A DNA stretch of 34,309 nt from an uncultured bacterium. GTDB lineage: Bacteria; Hydrogenedentota; Hydrogenedentia; Hydrogenedentales; JAEUWI01. A model generated the notes under the pieces. That model was not told where the DNA came from. It worked only from the letters and a program-made list of their open reading frames with translations, and did not search any database. Of this stretch, positions 28,144 through 34,309 are shown one piece after another; the stretch's first letter is position 1; every line of letters begins with the position of its first letter. The translations under genes were made by a program, and so were the position numbers. The DNA is taken from contig CAXBPH010000043.1 of assembly GCA_963977445.1 (NCBI GenBank), positions 1 to 34,309 on the forward strand, given 5' to 3'.

Positions 28144-29232
28144 TCAACCATAGTAATTCCACAAGTGCATCATGAGCGGGTCATCCTGCGCAGCGGGCGC
28201 TTCACCAAACAGCACATGGGGCAAACGCTTGAGTATTCTGTCCCGAGGGTGTAGCGTCAGTTCGTTCAGGGTCGGCAGACCATCGATCCGCGTGCGCAGG
28301 TTGCGATATATATTGATTGGCATCTGTTGACTGCTCAATTGTGGAAGACGCTTTGGCAATTCCATGTAGTCAGACCATGTCATGCGAGGCTGTTTCAGTC
28401 GGTGACGCTCATGCCACAGGAACAGCTGACCAAAGAGCGCCTTCACCTCCCGATGCCACTCCTCTATCGATTTATTCGCGGGCACATCGTGTTGGGGATG
28501 CAGCTTGAACTCGATGGACGCCAGGAAGGCTTCCCGGAGCCGATCTCCGTCGGGAACCTCGCTCAAGTCGGCCTCAGTTAGTCGGTCGCGGCGGGCAACG
28601 TAGCTCGGACTATAGTTCTCCGTCACAAAGAGGACACTGTCGCCTGCTGCCATCAACCCTTTATATATATTGCGAATGACAAATTCGTAGTCTTCTCGAT
28701 CCGAAACGCCTCGTTCACTTAATACCGTCTCCGCCAGATGGAGTCCTACGCCTCGGTTCATGAAGAGACGGGCGCATTCCTCCAGCGGTGGTCGTTGCGT
28801 ATCGTAGTCGGGCATTTCGTCCAGAATATTTTCTGGCCCGTAAACGACATGATAGCCCGCTTGCAGCTCCATAAACATGAGTTCGTAGGGCTGGGTACCC
28901 AATTGGGAGCGCGGCACGGGCGGTCCGAAATCAACGTGGATACCACAGTGGGGCTCCATGGCCGCTTTGACCTTGTTCAGTCCTGCGGACAACGCATTCC
29001 GTCGACGCCGGCTGCTATAGGGCACAACCACAAAGAAGTCGTAGTCGTTGTAGACCTGTTCCTGACCGTCGACCAGAAATACGCCACCTTCGCCGCGGCC
29101 ATAGCCACCGCCCAGGATGAGGGCCGTCAACGCGTCTTCACCGACAGATTCGAGGACCGCTGCCCGTATTCGGGCCATATCGGCGGCTATTCGGGATTCC
29201 AGTTCATCGGAACCATCTAGGGTGAAACGCAT
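28144..29232 (-). CDS. Pol-beta-superfamily nucleotidyltransferase-like protein of unknown function
   Basis: hhLGGGYGRGEGG...NDYDFFVV plus a later HVD (third Asp candidate), then a helical C-terminal region. GGAGGA RBS before ATG 29232. Confidence 0.75.
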   Translation of the reverse strand: MRFTLDGSDELESRIAADMARIRAAVLESVGEDALTALILGGGYGRGEGGVFLVDGQEQVYNDYDFFVVVPYSSRRRRNALSAGLNKVKAAMEPHCGIHVDFGPPVPRSQLGTQPYELMFMELQAGYHVVYGPENILDEMPDYDTQRPPLEECARLFMNRGVGLHLAETVLSERGVSDREDYEFVIRNIYKGLMAAGDSVLFVTENYSPSYVARRDRLTEADLSEVPDGDRLREAFLASIEFKLHPQHDVPANKSIEEWHREVKALFGQLFLWHERHRLKQPRMTWSDYMELPKRLPQLSSQQMPINIYRNLRTRIDGLPTLNELTLHPRDRILKRLPHVLFGEAPAAQDDPLMMHLWNYYG

Positions 29233-29322
29233 CGGTCCTCCGTTTTCGACAAAGACGTTGCGGGCGTTCTGTCGCACGCCAATCGAAGCTGAGGCATCCG
29301 ACTGCCTTCCCCGGCATAACTG

Positions 29323-29344
29323 GCAATATCGGTGCAATATCGGT
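29323..29344. promoter_or_regulatory. Perfect 11-bp tandem direct repeat (GCAATATCGGT x2), candidate operator
   Basis: Copies at 29323-29333 and 29334-29344, just downstream of the predicted promoter. Confidence 0.45.
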
Positions 29345-29362
29345 AGATTTTAAGTCTTCAGA

Positions 29363-29391
29363 ATTGTAACACACCGAATGGGGTTGAACAA
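29363..29391 (-). promoter_or_regulatory. Sigma70 promoter at the head of the polysaccharide locus
   Basis: Minus strand TTGTTC-17 bp-TACAAT with an extended TG. Confidence 0.6.
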
Positions 29392-29485
29392 CGAATGATC
29401 GGCACTTTTATCCGTCTACAACTGTGGGGCCTTGGCATATCTTTGTGCGCCAAATGCCACTCGTTTCTCCGGCAAGCATTTCCTT

Positions 29486-30640
29486 CTAAGCCCGCTTAAG
29501 CAAACATACCGTTTCCACATGAGCCGTGTTTGGGAACAGATCGAGGGAAGCAATTTGTGCTATTTTCCAGCCTCCTTCATAGAGCCCCTTTAGATCGCGG
29601 GCCAACGTGGCAGGGTCGCAGGAAACATAGACTATGGATCGAGCGTGACTTGCGGCGAGTGCGGGTATCAGAACTTTTGCGCCGGCACGGGGTGGGTCCA
29701 ATAGAATGGCGTCCCAATGGTCATCTTTGATTCGCTGGATCATTTTGTTTTCTTGTCCGGCGTAGTAGGTTCCCCGCCCCATACGCTGGGCTGCCTTTAC
29801 AGCAACTTTACTGTGATCGATTCCGGTCACTTCCGTGCGGTCGGGCAGACCGAGGGAGAGATTTCCGTTACCACAATACAGGTCAAGCAGGGAGGTTGGC
29901 TTACCAAGGTATTGGTGAACCGTCTCTATCAGGAGTCGGTTCAGCAGGAGGCTCGATTGAGAGAACGTACCGTTCACAATGGGTACGTTGTCAAACATGA
30001 ATCGCTCAGGGGGATGCTCATCTTTGGGAGAACCTGCTTGCGGGAAGCGGTCCTTCAGCTTTCGATTCTGAAATCCCGTCCACACCAGGGTGTCTTTTCC
30101 CTCCGGATTTACGGTCACCGTTACGGAGCCTTTCAGCTCCAGGCCGCGAAGCCCCGTCAGGGCCGCGTTCATGGCCGGATGGCACAGCGGACACTGTTCT
30201 GTGTCTACAATATCATGGGTACCGAGTGCATAGAACCCGAAGAGCTTACCGTCCCCATGGAATTCCGCGCGGGTACGGTAGCCGGTTCGTAGCGTCGGCT
30301 CTTCGCGCCAACCGAGCTCCACTTCGTCGATTCCGGCGATGCGACTGAGGCAGCCTTGAACAATCTTGCGCTTCCAAAGGGATTGCGCGGGATAGTTAAA
30401 GTGCAACCAGGTGCTTACTCCGCTGGGCTCCCAGCCCGGATAGTTCGGGGTATTGCGATCGGGGGAGGGCTCTACAACATTCACCAGCTGGGCCCAAAGA
30501 GCCTTCTTGGTGGTTCGTGTGATTTTTATTTCAAGCGTGTCTCCGGGCAGGCCATAGGGCACGAAACAAACCTGGCCGTCGATCCGTCCAACACCAGCGC
30601 CACCATGGCCCACTGCGGTAATTTCTATCGTATCTTTCAC
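29486..30640 (-). CDS. rlmD: RNA (uracil-5)-methyltransferase, RlmD/TrmA family, with TRAM domain
   Basis: TRAM-like N-terminus (GAGVGR..G..FVPYGLPGD), GYRTR, F.Q, LDLYCGNG, LDPPRAG, catalytic YVSCDP.TLARD and DLFPNTAHVE; GTG start. Confidence 0.85.
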   Translation of the reverse strand: MKDTIEITAVGHGGAGVGRIDGQVCFVPYGLPGDTLEIKITRTTKKALWAQLVNVVEPSPDRNTPNYPGWEPSGVSTWLHFNYPAQSLWKRKIVQGCLSRIAGIDEVELGWREEPTLRTGYRTRAEFHGDGKLFGFYALGTHDIVDTEQCPLCHPAMNAALTGLRGLELKGSVTVTVNPEGKDTLVWTGFQNRKLKDRFPQAGSPKDEHPPERFMFDNVPIVNGTFSQSSLLLNRLLIETVHQYLGKPTSLLDLYCGNGNLSLGLPDRTEVTGIDHSKVAVKAAQRMGRGTYYAGQENKMIQRIKDDHWDAILLDPPRAGAKVLIPALAASHARSIVYVSCDPATLARDLKGLYEGGWKIAQIASLDLFPNTAHVETVCLLKRA

Positions 30641-30722
30641 GTGTATAGTATCCTGGCTTACCTGTGGCTAAGCCGTGTTGAATCAGATCGGTCAAGGCGC
30701 GAAGTCCGTCTTGCGCGTCGAC

Positions 30723-31463
30723 TTATTCTGATTGGTGATCCTGGTTGTGGCCATTCCAATCGGCGAGCAAGTGATCGAGATTGGACTCAATATGCTCAAG
30801 CTGATTCCCCCTTGCCCAAAAAAGGGTACTTCGGGGCGATTTCCAGACCGCCCTTGGTGCCAAATCAATAGTGCCCTTCCACACAACAGCACAGTAGTTG
30901 GCATTGGGTGTGAAGAGTGCAAATTCTGTGGACCCGGACGATTCCAATATCAGGGTACCAGCCTGACTGTCCAGTGCGCAATAACTTCGATCATTCTGTC
31001 GGAATAGACTTTCGGTCGCCTCATTCTTCGCATCGCCCTCAGACGGCGTCGCGAACTGCTCGGGGTCGAGTGGTAGAATCTCGACTGCCACGCGGCTCAG
31101 GCGTACGGTGGTCTCGCTTCGGTTCAGTATTTCCAGTTGGCGAACCATGCCCGGGCTTCGGTGGGCCATGAAATTGTCTAGCCGTAAGGCGACTGTGCTG
31201 GCGCTCTGTGTCATGGTCAGGGTACAGCCATGATGGTCGCTCATTTCGCTCCAGGTGGTTTCACCCAGGTCATGAACCGCATAGGGCTGGTGTCCAAAGT
31301 CCAAGTGGTATTCAGGAGACTTACGGGTCAGGCAATCGCCTTGCAGATTGCCGGCCAGCGTAAGTTCGGTTGTTGCCCCCAAAAGGGTTGACCATCGCCG
31401 CTCCATCCAGGGGCTTCGGAGTTGGACGAAACCAGTACGAATGAAGGCCTGTGCCCGATCCAT
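30723..31463 (-). CDS. Hypothetical protein (beta-strand-rich)
   Basis: 246-aa ORF with GAAGGA RBS that fills the gap between co-oriented genes; no motif recognised. Confidence 0.65.
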   Translation of the reverse strand: MDRAQAFIRTGFVQLRSPWMERRWSTLLGATTELTLAGNLQGDCLTRKSPEYHLDFGHQPYAVHDLGETTWSEMSDHHGCTLTMTQSASTVALRLDNFMAHRSPGMVRQLEILNRSETTVRLSRVAVEILPLDPEQFATPSEGDAKNEATESLFRQNDRSYCALDSQAGTLILESSGSTEFALFTPNANYCAVVWKGTIDLAPRAVWKSPRSTLFWARGNQLEHIESNLDHLLADWNGHNQDHQSE

Positions 31464-31588
31464 CGTTGATTTTCCTTCGTAGTACGGGAAATTGCTCCGG
31501 GGGACGTTGGCGCGCTACAGGGCGCATGCTCACGCTGCATTCTGGATCCGTTATCTCGGCAAGAAGAAGCAACTCTTGTCCTTACACT

Positions 31589-31620
31589 AAAAAGGCCCTT
31601 GCAGGCGAACCTGCAAGGGC
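31589..31620 (-). terminator. Intrinsic terminator of the beta-barrel gene
   Basis: Minus strand GCCCTTGCAGG-TTCG-CCTGCAAGGGC-CTTTTT: 11-bp stem with a UUCG loop. A T-tract on the + side suggests it is bidirectional. Confidence 0.88.
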
Positions 31621-31647
31621 ATTTTTGACTAAATTACGTACGGTAAC

Positions 31648-33126
31648 TTAGAAGCTGATTTCGGCTTCCCAGTAGAGGTAGTCATAGTCGGCACCGTTAC
31701 CATTATTGTTTCCGAAGAGGTTCCGGAACAAACCACGATTTCTTTCAACGTGGAAGAGACGACCAAGGCCATTGGCCTGAACCAAGTTGCCATCGTCAAG
31801 ACCGTTTTCGCCGAAGAAATGGGCGTAACCAGCACGGAAAACGAGGTCTTCGCTGTACTGATAGTCAGCATAGAGTCCGAGTTCCCAGCCAAGGGTGTCA
31901 GATTTATTATCGTTGAAGAAGTCAAAGATACCAAACCCGAGAGTGTTGTCGAATGCGTTATCAGCTTCGAAGTAGGAGAGAGCAAGGAGCAGGCTGATTT
32001 TCTCAGTCGGCATGGCGCTCACACCAGCACGATAGATGATGGAGTTGGAAAGAGAGGTGTTCTCGATGAACTCGCTGTATTCCCAGTTGCTGAACAGGCG
32101 GTTGAAGGCCAGGTCATTGTTGTTGCTGCCAAAGAGACGTCCGCGGAGGCTGTTGTCCTGGGAATCGCCGCCTTCGAAGTACGCAGCACCCAAGTAAACG
32201 CGGGGTGTCCACGTCATGTCGAAGGTGTAGCCAGCTTCAATATTGACGGCCAAGGCATCGTAGTCGAGGTCTTTGTTGTTGTTGAAGAAACGGAAGCCCC
32301 TGTTAGGACGGTTGATCTGGCCGAACTGGTAGGCAACTTCTGCTTCAAGGTCAAATGCACCATAAGTGCCAGCTCCGCGGAGGCCGATGGTGTGCATGTC
32401 GGTGTCGTCAGACACCGGGAGTGCAGGCAGAAAACCGCCTGCTACAGCGCCAGCAAGGCCGGTGCCGTTACCAACAAAACGTACGTCTTTTTCCTGGACA
32501 TACAACCAGTAGAGGTCGAACTGCCAGTCTTCGAGTCCGAGGTAGCTACCATAGACACCCCAAAGATTGACGTCGCCCTTACCGAAGTCCCGGCCGGTTT
32601 CGCCAAGCTTAAGGGAGAGCAGGTCAACGGAGAAGCTGTCCGTAGCATACGTGGTGCGAACACCGTCGAAGGAGAGACCCCGGTAGAAGGAGGAAGTATC
32701 ATTGTTACCAATGAGCCACTCGCTACCAAGTTCCACTTCCTGACGACCAATGCGCGTACGGATTGGAAGGCCATAGGCGTTGTTGACTTCGATGTACGCC
32801 TGGTACAGGGCGATATCAGCTGCGCCAGCACCGTCGATACCGGTGATGTAGTTGGAGCGGAAGCTGTCGCCCCAGATGTTGTAGGAATCGAATTCAACGT
32901 AGGTGGACACGTCGTCGGTGAAGTCAGCCTTCACACCAAGACGGGTGCGCTGCTCAACAAAAGCAGAGTCGTTACCGCCATTGCGGAGCAGGTTGTCATC
33001 ATTGTGATAGAAGTTTCCGCGAATGCGGAGGCTGCCGTCGATTTCGACGTTCTGAAGCTCAGCTTGGGCGGCCGTAACCGTACCCAGCGCAAGAGCTGCT
33101 GTCATAAGAATCTTAAAGGAACGCAT
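31648..33126 (-). CDS. Outer-membrane beta-barrel, alginate export (Alginate_exp) family
   Basis: Signal peptide ending AQA. Motifs VEQRTRLGV.ADFTD, LYQAYIE, RIGRQE..LGSEWL.G, SFDGVR, HTIGLR, EVAYQFG, LGWEL; C-terminal beta-signal YLYWEAEISF. GGAG RBS. Confidence 0.88.
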   Translation of the reverse strand: MRSFKILMTAALALGTVTAAQAELQNVEIDGSLRIRGNFYHNDDNLLRNGGNDSAFVEQRTRLGVKADFTDDVSTYVEFDSYNIWGDSFRSNYITGIDGAGAADIALYQAYIEVNNAYGLPIRTRIGRQEVELGSEWLIGNNDTSSFYRGLSFDGVRTTYATDSFSVDLLSLKLGETGRDFGKGDVNLWGVYGSYLGLEDWQFDLYWLYVQEKDVRFVGNGTGLAGAVAGGFLPALPVSDDTDMHTIGLRGAGTYGAFDLEAEVAYQFGQINRPNRGFRFFNNNKDLDYDALAVNIEAGYTFDMTWTPRVYLGAAYFEGGDSQDNSLRGRLFGSNNNDLAFNRLFSNWEYSEFIENTSLSNSIIYRAGVSAMPTEKISLLLALSYFEADNAFDNTLGFGIFDFFNDNKSDTLGWELGLYADYQYSEDLVFRAGYAHFFGENGLDDGNLVQANGLGRLFHVERNRGLFRNLFGNNNGNGADYDYLYWEAEISF

Positions 33127-33445
33127 AGTGCGCTATCTCCATTGTTGAGCCGACACATAGCCGGTCATGCTAAAAAGTGTTTCACACAGGCTACCTTGCC
33201 TGGTGCGGCGTCTCTACCTCAATAATGAGGGAAACAGCCAAAAATATATCTTCTTGAAAAATCGGAGTTATTTCACAATCCCTGAAGGTGGGCTATTCAC
33301 TAGCGCTCTACCATCCCTCCTTTCGCCTTCTGATTTGAGATTGGTCCCGATGGTGTTGTCTGTGGTTCTTGCTGACACCCACACGGAAAGCACGACTCCC
33401 GTATTGGCCTTTTCGTCAACAGACTACCGTAACATTTATTGCCAC

Positions 33446-33474
33446 AGTATAGCAGGATGGAACACCCTCGTCAA
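33446..33474 (-). promoter_or_regulatory. Near-consensus sigma70 promoter upstream of the beta-barrel gene
   Basis: Minus strand TTGACG-17 bp-TATACT with an extended TG. Confidence 0.75.
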
Positions 33475-33533
33475 GTAAAATCGAAAGTTTTTGTAAACAA
33501 TCTTCTACGCGTCATATAGGTTTCAATCCAGCC

Positions 33534-33830
33534 CTACCCACCACATGAGGTAGAGCAGCCAAGATCAGCTTCGGCCCTTATTAGAATACGCACTTTTCCT
33601 GCCGGACCTTTTTCCAAGGCGCAGAAGGCTTCGGGTACCTTTTCAAAAGAAAACACATTATCTATCAGGGGCCAGGCCTGTTTTGCTGTAAGACGCGCCA
33701 CAACCGCCCGCCACGCCCCACGGGCGGCCTCTGGCCCATAGGCATTCACGCTCATTCCCTGGATGCGGATACATTTGTGAATCAACAGGCTGAGACTGAT
33801 CTGGGCGTCCAGCCCCACCAAGAGCAGATT
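33534..33830 (-). pseudogene. C-terminal remnant of an MDR (zinc-type alcohol dehydrogenase-like/quinone oxidoreductase) gene
   Basis: LIHKCIRIQGMSV...PLIDNVFSFEKVPEAF.ALEKGPAGKV resembles the MDR C-terminus. The GroES domain and GxGxxG are absent. Upstream boundary approximate. Confidence 0.65.
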
Positions 33831-33909
33831 GCTGATGGGACCAAACTCCTGAAAGCGCCAGGCACGCAGGAAGAAACCTCCCGACGGCCCGCCACATATC
33901 AGAGCCGCA

Positions 33910-34309
33910 CTAAAACAGCAACATCTGATCGGGCTGATCGTCGGCTTTATCGGCGCGGCGTCGACCCGGCACGGCAGGACGTCGGCCACCCTCGGGCAAT
34001 TCCCGCAGCACAGGCTCCGGAGCCCCCGATTCCGTGTCCTGATCATAATCCGTCTTTCGAATCAGATCCGGCACATCCTTATTCACCGTGGCCTGCGGTT
34101 CTGCTTTGGGTGCGCGAACCGGCTCAACCACCACATCGGGAACGTCTTTGTTTACCGTCGCCTGCAATTCGGCGGCAGGCTTCGATGTGCGCACCCGCAC
34201 CGCACCGGCACCACTGGCCTCCGTGTCATAGAGCAATCCCGAATCGTAACGGGACGGCAAGGTCTGCGCAACCTCTTTTTTGGTACGGTCAATGCCCGCA
34301 AGGGGAGCG
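33910..34309 (-). CDS. 3' end of a gene with a disordered tail ending QMLLF (truncated by window edge)
   Basis: The frame is open to the window end (APLAGIDRTKKEVAQTLPSRY...). A low-complexity tail ends DQPDQMLLF-stop. Confidence 0.7.
   Translation of the reverse strand, partial: APLAGIDRTKKEVAQTLPSRYDSGLLYDTEASGAGAVRVRTSKPAAELQATVNKDVPDVVVEPVRAPKAEPQATVNKDVPDLIRKTDYDQDTESGAPEPVLRELPEGGRRPAVPGRRRADKADDQPDQMLLF

Noticed and set aside
28144..29232. CBASS CD-NTase or MNT-HEPN toxin-antitoxin
   Set aside because: No effector, Cap2/Cap3 or separate HEPN toxin gene is adjacent; the context is purely glycan biosynthesis.
31648..33126. Export pore for the adjacent polysaccharide, or alginate synthesis
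   Set aside because: It has its own promoter and terminator, is separated from the locus by two unrelated genes, no synthase is present, and Wzy-type polymers normally use Wza-type export.
31750..33225. 491-aa + strand ORF
   Set aside because: Antisense shadow of the beta-barrel gene, expected from its biased codon usage; no domain features.
1..34309. tRNA, rRNA, transposase, integrase or phage genes; reverse transcriptase/DGR template repeats
   Set aside because: None recognised by eye; the Big_2 repeats show general divergence rather than adenine-specific variation.

Overview
Bacterial genomic window with a diderm envelope. The Alginate_exp barrel starting AELQNV, the Big_2 lipoproteins and the ECF sigma/carboxypeptidase-regulatory fusion suggest Candidatus Hydrogenedentota; this is an inference and was not checked. 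Left to right: (1) a frameshifted Ig-like surface lipoprotein gene running off the left edge; (2) a fused family I CoA-transferase; (3) an array of five ~104-bp inverted-repeat doublets (REP/REPIN/BIME-like); (4) two internally deleted gene remnants flanking csbD; (5) murB and pilT; (6) a 2734-aa lipoprotein with 18 tandem Big_2 domains, a CBM-like domain, two ASH-like domains and a C-terminal GH9 domain with catalytic residues retained; (7) converging on it, a ten-gene Wzx/Wzy-type polysaccharide locus that also encodes a Pol-beta-superfamily nucleotidyltransferase, a cytoplasmic AlkP/NPP-superfamily enzyme, a nitroreductase and a DUF6492-like protein; (8) an RlmD-like methyltransferase lacking its Fe-S cysteines; (9) an outer-membrane beta-barrel with a ~310-nt leader; (10) an MDR dehydrogenase remnant; (11) the 3' end of a gene ending in a beta-clamp-like motif. 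The best candidate for an undescribed system is the polysaccharide locus with its NTase and AlkP-family pair, plus the adjacent stalked GH9 lipoprotein. All family calls come from motif recognition by eye; no database searches were run.
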